A DNA stretch of 64,000 nucleotides from Psammoneis japonica (GCA_008632985.1 QPGO01000016.1:592840-656839); one strand, 5' to 3'; shown: positions 24,032 to 37,167, counted from the stretch's first letter. Program-made: numbers and translations. Notes: a model not told the origin generated them from the letters alone.

Positions 24032-27018
24032 ATGACAATGTTCTTGTCGGCATCATCGTACTACTCACCCACACAAATCACCTTGGCGGTATTGATTGCG
24101 CCTTGGTTGTGGTTGCATCTCCGCCGTCAGTTTCAGAATTACCGCCACGCCCGTCGACGACACAAGTATCCACAGCAATACCTCTACGCGACACCGCAAC
24201 TGCGACGAAAACCCAAAACACCCAATCAAGTCTATTGGGACTTTGTATCGAACCGCGTCTGGCCCATTGTGGCATATGTCGTCTATCATTTCTTTTTATT
24301 GTCGCGGTTTCTTGTGGTGCATGCACTGTATCAAGGAGTCCTCGTCAAGTGTATGACTACTTCAAACAACAGCCAAAGCCGTCTGCATTGAGAAACTCTT
24401 CAGAACAGCAACAACACAAGCAGAAGCAAAAGAAAAAGACAACACGAGTTGAATTTGAAGAGCATACGGATGGCCAAGTCTATTGTGAACGACACGAATA
24501 TGATCCGTTGGCACAGCCCAATCCACAAGCAGCAACACCTGAATCTCCGGTTACACCTACTACAGCAACTCCAAGACCCAAAAGCCGTGTACAGGATCGA
24601 GTCGCAACGCCCGCACCCAAAAAACGACCACCACGTCAAGAACCAATCAAACAAGTCAAGAATCGCATTCCTACACCAGCTAGAAAGCGCAAGCCATCCG
24701 CACGAACCGAGTACAACAAGAAAACGCAAATCATGAACAAGTACCATCACCAAGAGACGAGCGTCGTGCTTCTTCGACTGGAGCTTCGACTGCCACTTCT
24801 ACACCTACTGCAGCAAGAGCTCCTACAGCTGCCAGAGTTTCTTTTTCTACTGCATCAGCAGCTACAACTACTCGTCCACAACAACGACAAGACCGTCCCA
24901 TTACGGTACAACCTCCCCAAGCCAAACGGTACAAGCCACTCTTTGCACCCGTCGACACGACGCCATTGGCGGTACGCTATCGCAAAAAGCGCAAGGGACA
25001 ACCCAAAGATGATTCCGAAGAAAAAGAGGAAGAACGCCCCAAGCAACGAGGACGATTGGCTCTCCGTAGTACAGCAACATCGACCGCAGTGCGGCCTCGT
25101 CGACCCCTGAATCGAAAACGGCCCGAACAAGATGCCATTTGGCAAGAAATGGATCAACCCGTCAAGAAAACGCGCAGTGCTGCTGCTGGGAATGGAACTG
25201 CGAGTACAGCTACACCTGCGAGTGGTACTAGTACAGGTGGTGGAACCACATTAAACCTTGGAGGGACGCCAGCCGCTGCCGCGACCACGAATACTCCAGC
25301 CGCGGCAGCGAGTGGACCCAAGATCATCTTTGGAGGGACGCCCGCTTCAGCGACACCTGCTACCACAACTGCTCCAGCTACGACAACCACATTCAACCTT
25401 GGAGGGACGCCAGCCGCTGCGGCGGCACCTGCTGCAACCACGAATGCTCCAGCCGCATCTACTACAACCGCCCCCGCTCCCGGCACGGGTGGGCCCAAGA
25501 TCGTCTTTGGAGGGACTCCCGCTTCAGCTGCAACCACGAATACTCCGGCGCCTGCTACTACGGCAACGCCTGCTGCCGCCACTGGTGGAACTGCACTCAG
25601 TTTTGGAGGGACGCCCGCTGCTGCTCCAGCCGCCGCGACAACAGCACCCACTGCCGGAGCAAACAATCAAGCACCCAACGCTGGAGGCTTTGGTGGTAGT
25701 GCTGCTTCGACCGCAGCACCTACAACGACACCCGCCGCCACTACCAATACATTCTTTGGAGGGACGCCCGCTGCCGCAGCGACGCCCAATCCGACAAGCC
25801 TTGGAGGAACTGCACCTACTGCCAATGGCGGCGGAAACAATCTCAATGTTGGAGGCACACAAGGTTTTGGAGGCGGTACTCCGGCAACCAATTCGGCTTT
25901 TGGCACAAGCACTCAAGCTGCGGCGCCTACCACCACCCCGTCAGGCTTTGGAGGAATCAAGGAGGCGCCCAAGACTACCTTTGGAAGCGCTTCTGCCGCC
26001 ACGACAGGCTTTGGCGTGAACACTCAGACAAATACTGCTGCACCGACCGCCACGACAGGCTTTGGAAACACACAGACGAATGCTGCGGCAGCCGTCACGA
26101 CAGGCTTTGGAGGAGGAAACACTCAGGCGTCCAAGACCACTTTTTGGAAGCGCTCCTGCAGCACCTGCTGCAACGACAGGCTTTGGAGGAACTACTCAGA
26201 CAAATGCTGCTGCACCTGCCACCTCGACAGGCTTTGGAGGAGGAAACACTCAGGCACCCAAGACCACTTTCGGAGTCGCGCCCGCCCCTGCTGCAACGAC
26301 AGGCTTTGGCGGAACTACTCAGACAAATGCTGCTCCCACCAACACGACGGGCTTTGGAGGAGGAACCAATCAGGCTCCCAAGACCACCTTTGGAAGTACT
26401 ACTTTTGCTGCAGCTGCCGCCTCGACAGGCTTTGGCGGAACTTCTCAGACAAATGCTGCTCCCACCACCACGACAGGCTTTGGAGGAGGAAACACTCAGG
26501 GACCCAAGACCACTTTCGGAGCCATGAATGCTACACCTGCTCCTGCTTCAAACCCTTTTGGAACTAGCACGAATCAAACACCGTCCGCCACAACAGGAGG
26601 AACGCCTGGTACTACCACTCCTTCCGCAAATCCCTTTGGTTCCAACACAAATCCAACCACCTTTGGAGGTGCACCGGCTGCTGCGCCTACTCCATCGTTT
26701 GGTTCCAGCACGACAACGGCAGCTACTCAGCCCTTTGGCTCCAATGCAAATCCAGCACCGACCACTACCTTTGGAGGTACCCCGGCTGCTGCTCCATCGT
26801 TTGGTTCTAGCGCAACCAACACTCCTGCTACTACCGGCTTTGCTCCCAATCCGTCATCTGCTACCACCACGACACCCAACTTTGGAGGAACGCCAGCGTT
26901 TGGAACTACTACAGCAGGAGCCACTCCAACTCCATCCTTTAGTATCGGCGCGGCTCCCAAGCAGAGTGCCAGCAGCCGTCGACGTGCCAATCGCAAAAAG
27001 ATGGCGTCAAGAAAGTAA
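24032..27018 (+). CDS. FG-repeat nucleoporin with N-terminal hydrophobic segments (POM121/Nup153-like)
   Basis: Many FG/FGG repeats at 25330-26950 and basic NLS-like clusters (RYRKKRK, RKRP). C-terminus is PSFSIGA...RRRANRKK. The N-terminal ORF 24032-24391 has two hydrophobic stretches. Joining needs frameshifts near 24340, 24740 and 26143. Confidence 0.75.
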
Positions 27019-27246
27019 ACAGACGAAACAACGAAACTGTGGTTTCTACTATGCCAAAGAGTATGAATGCATCTCACACAGAGACTAGATGATGATGATG
27101 ACTGTTGTAGAAATCAAAATGATTTGTAAATTTTAGTAGTAGAGAGACTATATCCTCAACACGCACACACACAATTGTCTAGTGTGGAACCGACGTATTT
27201 TTCTTGCCGTGCATTACAGTTTTACTGCCAAGAGAGGAAAAAAAGT

Positions 27247-28228
27247 TCAATCACAAAGGTATGCGTGTTGACTGACAATGAGTGCTACAATCAAACCACT
27301 AAAAAATAAGAAACGCAGCAAATCGTTAGCAAACAAAACAAAACAATACAACAACACAACAATCCCAATAATCATATACTCACTACAATGCCAACGCTTC
27401 CGAAAAAATCAACATGATGAGCATTCCAATAAAGAGTTTGTTTTGATCATCCGATCCGGAAACATCCTCGACGGGACCAACGTTATCGGTTTCTTCTCCA
27501 TCGGGAATGGTGCTGTATCCTTGCTTTTCGGTGGAGGATGGAAAGAGTGAAATATTGGAGGCACGATATCCCACGGCACGTACACCGTGATCACCCACAA
27601 TGCCAATGCATCCACCCGCCACCAAACCGGATACACCACAACACAAACCGGCAGCGAGCTGAAAATTATTGAAATAGTGAAAACGAAAAATGAAATAGAT
27701 AAGAAAACAACACCAAATCACACACAACAAAACACACACACTCAACAATCATTAATACTCACATGAGCCAATCCTGTATAAATCGAATAGACATTTTGTC
27801 GTTCCAACGATGGTTTGGGTATCGATTCCGATAAAATGACAGCCACGATAAGTCCATAAATTCCAATCACACCCGCCATGACGATTGGAATGACATTTTT
27901 CATGACGGAATTGGGATGACGAATACCCGTATGAACCAAACTCACACCCGCCTTCCAAGTTCCCCACTGTTGAAGAGTAATAACATGGTGATGAGACTAT
28001 GGTGCGGGTAAAAAAAATCCACATGAAAAAAACCGCAAAAAGTACAATTTTTCGGATACATGACGTCACGCTTCCCGTCCAACCGACAGAGGCTGCATCC
28101 ACGACAACTTGATGACTTACCGCACTACCCCAATTACTCAATGCCGCCGAGGCAACCACACCGATATAACCCATTAGTAATGCCCATGATGGACAAAGTG
28201 CATCCGTAAGCTCTTCCGTGTCTTGCAT
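27247..28228 (-). CDS. V-type H+-ATPase proteolipid subunit c (paralog A), 4 exons
   Basis: SNWGSA|WGTWKAG, IPIVMAGVIGIYGLIVAV, LAAGLCCG and LIFSEALALY|GLIVALI; the conserved Glu is present. Confidence 0.9.
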
Positions 28229-28719
28229 TGTCTATTGGTGTAAGTGTTGGCAGCAGTCACGGCACTGCTGCAAAAATAGTGCGGGAAACCAAAACAGTGA
28301 CCCACCCGTAGGATACCACCATGACGAAAATTGATTGGCTACAGGACGTCATGGAGCCAGATGGGGCAATTCTGTGGGAGCTCGAGAAAAAGAGTTCGAA
28401 TTATTCTTGTGATTTTTTGGGCGTGTGTGCTGGAAGAAACATGTATCAATAATTTTCTATAGATCTTAATACAACTTATATATTGAAATATCCCTTTTCA
28501 ATTGCTAGTACATAATATAACGACATATATCAAACTATATCTAATTATGTAGTCTCTATTACAGAAGCATTGGAAAAGAATATATCCATGCTCTCTTACA
28601 TTCAAATCAACGCCTTTCCGAACTCCAAACTTTCCCAGTACCGGCAAACGTACAATTCCACGACAAAGCGTTTGAACGCGGTAGTCGCCAAGCAGTCATT
28701 CACTACAAACACCAACACC

Positions 28720-29730
28720 ATGACGGAAGTTACCGCTGGATACGATGATTGCCCAAGCTATGCTCCCCTCTTGTAAGTGTAATTGTTTTTTATTATTACT
28801 GAACGACGGTGATGGTACAATACGAGAGAGACGCATCTCTCTCGAAACAACAAGTCGTCGTGCATACCGACTGTGTAATTTTTTAGCGGTCCGCGTTGAG
28901 CTGCATGTTGTTGTTATTTGTTGTTATATCACAAACTCACACCACTACTCCACCTCTTTCTATTCATCAGCGGCTATTTAGGAGCCGCCTCGTGTGCCAT
29001 TTTTGCCAATTGGGGTTCAGCTTGGGGAACATGGAAGGCTGGATTGGGTGTATGCAAAATGGGTACGGATTATCCCCAGGGTGTCATTAAGAATATTGTC
29101 CCGATCGTCATGGCGGGTGTCTTGGGTATCTACGGACTCATTGTGGCCGTCATTATTGTTCAAGCCGTGTTGCCACCCGAATCCGGTTCCGCCACCACGA
29201 CGTATTCACTGTACAATGGATATGCTCATGTGAGTAAATTGTTATGAGTGTTGTATGCTGTGTGCTTTTTGTGTATAATTCTCTCAATCTCTCTTTTTCT
29301 TTTTCTTTTTTTCTAGCTCGCCGCTGGTTTGTGCTGTGGTTGTTCGTGTTTGGCGGCGGGCGGGACGATTGGAATTATTGGTGATGTCGGGACGCGTGCC
29401 TTTGGACTCAAGGCCTCCAATGGTAAACGAGCATGGGCGACAGAAGCGGCCGGTGATGACGATGCCGGCGGAGTCGGACGTGACGCCATGTCGGCCGAGG
29501 ATGCCAACAAACTCTATGTCGGTTTGCTAATTATGCTGATTTTTAGTGAAGCGCTGGCATTGTAGTGAGTAGCTCAGTTGTAGTGTGAATGTTTGGTGGT
29601 GTGATGTGTGTTTTTTTTTCACGAGGGTGCTAACCGTTGCTTGTCTTTGTTGCTGCTTTCTATTCCTCAACACAGCGGTCTCATTGTTGCCTTGATTTTG
29701 AGTCAGCACAGCTACGTTTGTGGCAAGTAA
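28720..29730 (+). CDS. V-type H+-ATPase proteolipid subunit c (paralog B), 4 exons
   Basis: ANWGSAWGTWKAG, IVPIVMAGVLGIYGLIVAV and LIFSEALALY|GLIVALILSQ; three GT-AG introns. Confidence 0.9.
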
Positions 29731-30549
29731 AAACGAGAGTATGCGCGGATGCATTCTTGTACTCTTTTGAAAAACACTTTGTTATTCCAATGGCTTGACA
29801 TGTGTATTGGAATCAAAACTAATACAGTTTTAGTAGTACAACTATAACACACAAGAAACTAAAGTTATGGTTGGATCTTTTAGTGTACCGTATGATATAT
29901 GCTGCGGTTGTGTTTTGCGCGTTTCTTTCTCAAAGTTTTTCAATGCTTTCGGAAAAAGCGCGAGAGTGTAATCTATCACAGGGCGTCGCGCACATAAAAA
30001 AACTCTTCAACTATTGCTCTTTAGATGATGATCCCAAAGAGATAGGTATGCCTTCTCAATGCATTCTCAAGTTTTGCAATAGAGTCTAGGGTTCCTACCC
30101 TAAATGAACTGAGGCAATCAACTCTGCAAACAAACTAACCTGCCACTTTCTGTGAGGGGACTAGTGAAGTTCGACGACTTGATGATCCTAGAATTATATG
30201 CTTTCTTTTTTCCACCCTTGCAGAACAACAATGTCGCTTTCATGCTAGAGTTTTGTACTAGTCTAGACTACTTGTACAACTACTACTAGATGTCTGAATA
30301 AAATAATGAGAATAGGGACACTAATGCTAACTCTAGAGTTAGTAATCGTTGTGTTGACTGATCTTGAGGGATGAACACGGCGTGACGTGCGTACGACTTA
30401 CGGACAACTACCCTCCCGCGCTGTTTCGCGCATTTCGCCACGTTGCACTGCGTGGATCGGAAAGAAGTTTCGCGCGCTTGTTGGAGTGAAGTTAGAATAG
30501 TGCTTTCTCACAAAACGACGGCATATATTCTGCAAGAGTTTTGTTGACC

Positions 30550-32042
30550 ATGTTGTCCTTGTTGAGACCCCTCTTTGTCGATAAGCTTCTTGTGGATGAC
30601 CGGGAACCATGTTTGACATTTACGATTGGTGAAAGCACGTATGGTCTGTTGCAGCCGAAACTGGAATTTTGGAAACAGCTAGTCTATGTGAGTTTCAAGG
30701 AGCAAACCCTCGTGTTGTTTTCATATTACCTTTGCATCACTTTTTCTCGCAATTCTCTCATTGTCTCTCTCTCTCTCTTTTAGCTGTTGATACTGGATAC
30801 ATTCATCATGATGTCAATCGGAGCCATAATTTACAAGTTTATTATTGAACGGCGCGGAACAACAACCTCCTATCTCGTGGGGTACGGCCTTGTCATTCCA
30901 CTTGTCCTCTTGCTCCCCTATTATATGCTGGAAGAGTTGGAATTGGAAAATGTTGTTTTGAAAATGTCGGCAGGCATTCCACCGACCGTGTTGTTTTTTC
31001 GTGCCACCGCCGCCATGCACAATACATCCTTGCCCGTTACGGAAGCGTCTCTTGAAAATTATGTTTGGTATTGCAGTTCGGTTGTTAACTTTTGTTGGGA
31101 TGCCAAGACAAAACAACGAATCAAAATTACAACAACAGAATTGTGTACCAATGTGTGGAGAATAATAGCGCAGGGAATCATGCTGAGTTTGCTGGTGTCG
31201 TTGGGGTTGGCGTATGATTTTAAGCCGTTTGAATCGGACGTTGTTCTGGAGGATTATCATTTGAATAGCGATCTGTTTCGATTGGGGCATCTTGCCAATA
31301 ACTACATTTTGGCATGTAAGTGTCATGATATTCGTGTTGTTGTTGATTTGTAGAGAAATTGAGTCTCTCACAGTATTCTGACTGCTCAGGGCTCACCTTT
31401 TTAACCCTTAGTTTTGGTTTTTGCATGGTTGGCATTGGTCATAACTTGCAAGGCTTCAAGACGCCGGATATTTTCAGGAATCCATTGCTGCTATCAACGT
31501 CAATATCAGACTTTTGGAGTAGGCGATGGAATGATCTCATGCAAACCGATCTCAAGGTGAGAAAGGCTTGGAAAAAATGAGTCTTTTGAGTTTGTTGCTG
31601 TGATTCTTTCTTTCGGAAATTCCTCACACTCTTGTTGTTTTTGCAGTACGGAGTCTTTCGACCTCTAAAAAAGGCCATTCCGACAAATTTGGCACTTGTC
31701 ATTACCTTTTTCTCCTCGGGACTCTTGCACGATTACAATTGGACCGTCATGTTTTACCACGCGCATTCCAAACGAATTGTGGACGATGCCGACTTGTTTT
31801 ACCCCGTGGCATGGAAACAAAGCTGCTTCTTTTTGTGGAATGGTATCGTAATGCTTTTGGAAGGGCCAGTCTCAAAACTAGGTCCGTGTCGGTGGATGGC
31901 TGCCAACTTGCCACGACCCATCCTTGCGACACTCTTGTCCATTTCGGTTCTTCCTGTGGTGCATTGGTTCACTGGGGATTGGGTGGTGGGCGGTTTGTAC
32001 GAGTCATACACTGTCGGACTCTTTCGAATTGTGAAGCTATAA
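30550..32042 (+). CDS. MBOAT-family acyltransferase (wax synthase-like), 4 exons
   Basis: FRNPLLLSTSISDFWSRRWN, GVFRP and FFSSGLLHDY (catalytic His); multiple TM segments. Confidence 0.85.
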
Positions 32043-32314
32043 GACAAAAAATGTAGAATGATTGCAACTAGGCTATGCAAAATCTGAAGAATGCTTCGAA
32101 CTCAACTATCGTTTCAAATCCCTCATTATTTTAAAGCTTGCTCTAGGTTTCATACCTCTTTCTCTCATGCACTGTAACTCTTCACTCTTTTCGTTCTGCT
32201 ACTCTCTCGATCCAATCATATATAAAAGCTGCCTTTCCACGTACAATGTCATGAATATCAAATGCAAACATCTCATCTGTCACGATATCAACGTGGACGG
32301 CATGCCTTTTTCTT

Positions 32315-32763
32315 CTAATCACTGAAAAAAGCTACCCAACAGAGATAAAGCATAGGGATACTAAGGACAAGACTGAATCCTGTCATCATGCCCAACTCCA
32401 TATTCATAATCTCTGTAGAAACAAACAGCACACACCGCGAAACACACGTGAGGCCATGAAAAATGAGGTTTCGAATTTTCTAATCCCGCCGTGACATGCT
32501 TTTCTTTTTATCAAAATGCCGCATTCGCAATGTTCATTCTCACCTTCATTTTGCTTGTTGAGATCCATCATTTCTTCCCTCGTCATGTCACGAGACTCAA
32601 TGTACGACAAGTCGTCGTCCTTTTTCCCGAAAAACGCAGGAGCGGCCGCCGAGGCATGAATCATCGCGGTTTGCCGAGGAGCCACAAACGCATCCGACGT
32701 TGGAATCATCATAGAGACTGCCATGAGCATGAGAGTCACAAAGATACCGGTAAGCTTCATCAT
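32315..32763 (-). CDS. Small plastid-targeted single-TM protein
   Basis: Signal peptide ending SDA-FVAP, one intron, and C-terminal hydrophobic MMTGFSLVLSIPMLYLCWVAFFSD*. Confidence 0.65.
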
Positions 32764-33835
32764 CTTCTTGTTGTAGTTGTTGTTGCAATCTTACAATATA
32801 ATGCTAATGACACTTGCTCTGCGTTGTTGCTGTACTCGTTGTTCGAGGTCGATCGTGTCGACACCAACACAAGACACAAGCAAGCTGGGCGGGACCACGA
32901 CACCTCTGTGACGTGTTCAAATTCTCCCGCGCAAAAACAGTCAAAGGAGTCAAAGATTCAAGATACACATCTTATTGTTGTATGATGACATTTGAGTAGA
33001 AAGTACATGCGAGAACTTCACGTTTGGAGCTTCGTATTGACTACCCGCGCCCCATTTTTTTTTTTGGCATCGCTTCGTATTCCTTGAAAAAAATAATGAT
33101 CTCGCGGATCAAAGCGTGATACCCGCCTCTACTATGATAGAGAGGCCAAGCTAGATAGGTAGAGCGTTGCGAATTGTGCGATCAAACTTATGAGAATTTG
33201 CTCCCAAATTTAGTTTTACCGAATGCTCTCCATTGCAACTCACGGTGCGGCATTCCAGCGAGTACAATGTGCTGCATGTTGCCACGGCGTTGTGCACACT
33301 TCCGCGAGCCAACTTGTGCCACGACGACTCGGCATTTTGGCAAAGTCTCCTCCGTCAAAATTCAAAAAAGGGCAATGACCACTGTCACAAAGCGGCTCTT
33401 CCGAGTTTGGGTGTACAGATGGCATTCATTGCAGTCCCCTTGAAGGAGCCGTCGCTCCAGTTCGAGAGAAGAGAACTGCATCCCGGAGTTCCTTCAGATT
33501 GAAAGAACAGTTGAAAGTTTTGGTTACTGTCGCTTGTTTTCGAGAGCTAGAATCTGGGATAAACTCACCCCAATTTCGAGGTCTACGATGTTTTGGCTTT
33601 TAGCAGAAGAGAGTAAGACTCCTCATCAATCTTGCGTTTGGTCCAGTTTCGCATACTTAGTACGTCTGAAGTTGAGTTCCAGGTTCGTTTACTGCAAGGA
33701 TAGAGCATATTTCAAGAAACGGAGGGTGAATTTCCACATACTTGTAGTAGAGTTTACAACATATTCAATACATATAATCTATTTGTGTAATGTTAGTTTC
33801 ATATAGTGCAAGCATACAGCTTGTCCAATCCCTGT

Positions 33836-34960
33836 TTAGTCCGTTTTGTTTTCGTCGTTGTTCTTTTCATCCTTCTTGGGGTCCTTCAAAAAGAGCTGAC
33901 CCTTGCTATCGACATCAAACAAGTCCACCGACGGAATCCTCTGTGAAACCGCATCCGAGATCAAGGGAATCTTGTCGGGAGTTGTGCCAAGCAGGGAACT
34001 GACCGCCGAGTAGGAAATTGCCAAGACAATAGTCAAAAAGACAGCGTCGGAACCAATCTCAACGGCGCCTTGAGGAATCTGCAAGTTGGCGGCATTACCA
34101 ACCAAAGCCACAAGTGTGGCGAGGATGCTCGGGAAGAACTGAGCGATGTCCAAAAAGATTGCTTGCTTGGTGTTGAATCGAATCAGCTTGTTAATGGCAA
34201 GGTTGTCGCCAAGGGTAGATAGCGCAAAGTAGGCAATAAAGGGAGCAAATGGAATGGATCGGTAGGCAACCGATAAGAGACCAAGTCCCTGAACAAGAGG
34301 ATTATCCTGATGCTGCGAAAGCAAGAAGGCTCCAAATTGTACACTGTCCAAAAGCGGAAATAGATAAGGAAGGACGGAAAGAACCTTCTCGGTATTCGTT
34401 GGTTGCTTGTCATTGATCGCATCATTCAACAGGGACAACTGCGCTTCTGCCTCTTTCTGTGCTTGTGTCTTTTTCTGCGCATCCAAAGCCTCCGCTTTTT
34501 CCTGTCGGAACATTTGCTCCAACTGATTCCTAAATTTCTCAATGCCCACAAATTCTTCTTGCTGCAAGACACCGTCGCCATTTGTATCAAACTCTTTCAT
34601 GAGTCTCTGTACCCGTGTCTCTGACAATTCCAATTTGAGAGTCTTTTCGAGTCCGGCCTTGAGTTCGTCCAGGGTAATTGTTCCGTCTTTGTTGCTATCA
34701 AACTTTTGAAATGCCTTTGCAGCAGCTTTCTGCTTTTCTGTGGCTGTGTCTTGTTCCAACATTGCAACTTCGCCTCGAAGCTTGGCCGCCATGGATCGTA
34801 GTCTCTCGACTTCCTCGTCAGTGTTGGTTGCGTATAGGGGTCTCACTTGCGAAATGGTCGAGCGTTGTGCGGTAGACTTGACTCCAAAGCGAGAGACGGG
34901 AGCAAAGGCATCGCTGCTTCCTGCAAGAAGCAATACTAATAGAGCTGCTGTGGTCTTCAT
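33836..34960 (-). CDS. TIC20: Tic20-family plastid import channel fused to two EF-hands
   Basis: Signal ending SDA-FAP; EF loops DSNKDGTITLDE and DTNGDGVLQQEE; Tic20 motifs LPYLFPLLD and IRFN..QAIFLDI. Confidence 0.75.
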   Translation of the reverse strand: MKTTAALLVLLLAGSSDAFAPVSRFGVKSTAQRSTISQVRPLYATNTDEEVERLRSMAAKLRGEVAMLEQDTATEKQKAAAKAFQKFDSNKDGTITLDELKAGLEKTLKLELSETRVQRLMKEFDTNGDGVLQQEEFVGIEKFRNQLEQMFRQEKAEALDAQKKTQAQKEAEAQLSLLNDAINDKQPTNTEKVLSVLPYLFPLLDSVQFGAFLLSQHQDNPLVQGLGLLSVAYRSIPFAPFIAYFALSTLGDNLAINKLIRFNTKQAIFLDIAQFFPSILATLVALVGNAANLQIPQGAVEIGSDAVFLTIVLAISYSAVSSLLGTTPDKIPLISDAVSQRIPSVDLFDVDSKGQLFLKDPKKDEKNNDENKTD

Positions 34961-36084
34961 GTTGTAGCTGATGGTCATGTTTGTGTTGGTGATCGTTTTC
35001 GATTTTGTGAGACTATTCGGTGTACTCTTCGCGATGATTATCGGCATGTTCTGAGAAAATCTTGGCTAGCTCAGCTAAAGATCTGCCACCAACACGTGCC
35101 ACGACAGCAGAATTCGGAATTCATTGACATGATTGTTCTCCACTTGCGTCAACCCATTTGTATTGGATCCAGCGTTGATTCTACGCCAAAAGTTGAGACG
35201 TGTCTTGAGTCCCAAATGCCGTCAATGAATGATGAGTCAGTCCCGTGCGTCAGTCTCAGTCACGGGAGCATCCTGAATCACGCCCATCGAGCGATCCAAC
35301 ACATTGCTTTGCTCTCTACTAGCTCATCAAATCGATGGGTGACAGCTACAAGCGCCGTGCTTGTAGTTGGATTGCATCAGAATCAGCTGCCAACATAGAA
35401 ACTGTTTGCACAGCGGTGGAAAATAAAGAAGGTCTTGCGTAAAGCTGGCTAGCAAAAAGTGATCATAGTGCGGAGTCTGGATGATGAATCTTTTTCAATG
35501 ATAACAAAACTGTAACAAGTTTCAAAACTATGACGCTCAAAGTTGACTAGACGATGAATGCATTAGCACCATTTACTGATACTCCTAGTAGATGGTCGCT
35601 GCTCGCTGCTCCTACCAAGAGCGAGACGGTGGTGAGCACGGGTGAGAGCCCCACCTCATCAGTTTCGTTCAAAGAATACCTTTCTCGCCAATATTTTTTA
35701 TGGTATGAGCTTCCATGAATAAATATGGAACAAAGAAAGCACGTGTGAAACAAGCAATCATTTCTTGCATTTGTCGTCGACGTCTTCTTGCTTTGAACGA
35801 GTCGAGTGGGCAAATGATCCGATGAAGGCCCAACCACCCCTTGGAAAGTTGTATTTGGATGGTAAATGAACAAAAAGGATACACACAGAGAAGTTATCGT
35901 CACTGTAGGTATTCAATTTGGTGATGCCAACGCATATGCGGCAACCGTCGACCCTTGTCCGTGTATCGCTCGGCACGCATACACATCAGGTACAAAGATG
36001 ACCGCCTAATTCCTGCTATGCTTCGGGGCTCCTCCTCGTCATTACGGGGTAGTGGCGATTCCACAGCACGACCGTTCCCTCTTT

Positions 36085-37167
36085 TTACACCAACCATTGA
36101 TGGAGGAATTCACTCAGGTCCCAAGCAATCAAATCAGGATATCCACCCAGTGGTCCCATGCACCGGTGGAGGGCAGTCGCACGATGAGGGCTCGCAAATA
36201 AATCCTCTGGATCGTTGCGATTGATGGAAGCGCCTTCCTCGCCCATTTCCTCGATAAACGTACGAGCTCGGAGACAGGACCGGTCATAGCGGCCAGTGTT
36301 GTCCTGCAAGGCTGTAACCTGTTGACAGTACGTGTCGAATAAATCCGAGTCGGTTGTGGCAAACATGGAGACCAACATGAATGGACCGTCATAGACACGA
36401 GTGACATTGAGAGGACCCGGTCCAGGTGGGTCCAAATCAAACTTCATTGTGTAGCTGTCGGGGAGAGTGGCTGTTTGTTCAATCATTCGATCCAAATAAA
36501 AGCTATCATTTCCCAGGCGGTTGAACATGCCCAGTAGAACAAAATCAAACTCTTTCAGCGGTTTTTGTATTTGTCGCTCCAACAAACTCTGCCACTGCAA
36601 GCTATATGCCACGTATGAGTTGGAAACAATGTATAGAGAGCTTTTATTGCGAAAACGAATGCGCACAGCCACTTGTTCGAAAAAACGAATATCCACAACC
36701 TCTGAATTTCCCATTTGACAGGCCAAGGCCCAACCTTGTTGGCGAGTGTGCGAATTCCCAAAAAACAAGAGGGTCTTGTTTGCGGGTATAACGCTGGCTC
36801 TTCGATGTCCCCATGCAGGTGGTTTCCTCTGGGCCACTTTAGCCACAAAATCATGCAGGCCTTGTCCGAAATCATTGTAGTTTGGTCCTCGACATTGATA
36901 CGAAATATTCGCTCCTTTGCTTTCGTCAAGAGGATCTCCCAAATAGGTTGAATTACAAAAGTTGAATGCATTATCCAGAAGCTTGCTGTCCGATGTTTCA
37001 GTAGGAGCTTCAATAGCAACTCGAGTCAGTCTTTGCTCATCATATACTGCATGTGTCTCAGTCTGACCATCGTGTTGCGCTCTGCTGTTGCTGGCGAAGA
37101 TCAACAATGACAAGATTGGAAGTAATTGGGACAACGCGAGGACACGACATGGCACCACTAGCATCAT
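36085..37167 (-). CDS. Secreted PC-esterase/TBL-like (SGNH-type) acyl esterase/transferase
   Basis: Signal-like N-terminus; LLFFGNSHTRQ (cf. GDS..R) and C-terminal HRCMG..GYPD (cf. HWCLPG.PD). Confidence 0.55.
   Translation of the reverse strand: MMLVVPCRVLALSQLLPILSLLIFASNSRAQHDGQTETHAVYDEQRLTRVAIEAPTETSDSKLLDNAFNFCNSTYLGDPLDESKGANISYQCRGPNYNDFGQGLHDFVAKVAQRKPPAWGHRRASVIPANKTLLFFGNSHTRQQGWALACQMGNSEVVDIRFFEQVAVRIRFRNKSSLYIVSNSYVAYSLQWQSLLERQIQKPLKEFDFVLLGMFNRLGNDSFYLDRMIEQTATLPDSYTMKFDLDPPGPGPLNVTRVYDGPFMLVSMFATTDSDLFDTYCQQVTALQDNTGRYDRSCLRARTFIEEMGEEGASINRNDPEDLFASPHRATALHRCMGPLGGYPDLIAWDLSEFLHQWLV

Noticed and set aside
4394..27018. Single-base frameshifts in many otherwise intact genes, as programmed frameshifting, editing or pseudogenes
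   Set aside because: They mostly sit in short homopolymers (ggg 4399, aaa 9263, T-runs at 21962 and 26141, where sister repeats have one fewer base) and hit unrelated conserved genes. Long-read indel errors are the simplest explanation.
25154..27077. Long antisense and alternative-frame ORFs over the nucleoporin
   Set aside because: Shadows of the low-complexity Ala/Thr/Gly/Pro repeat coding sequence.
29990..30350. CTAG/ACTAGT-rich intergenic stretch
   Set aside because: No periodicity or clear inverted-repeat structure; consistent with ordinary TA-rich intergenic DNA.
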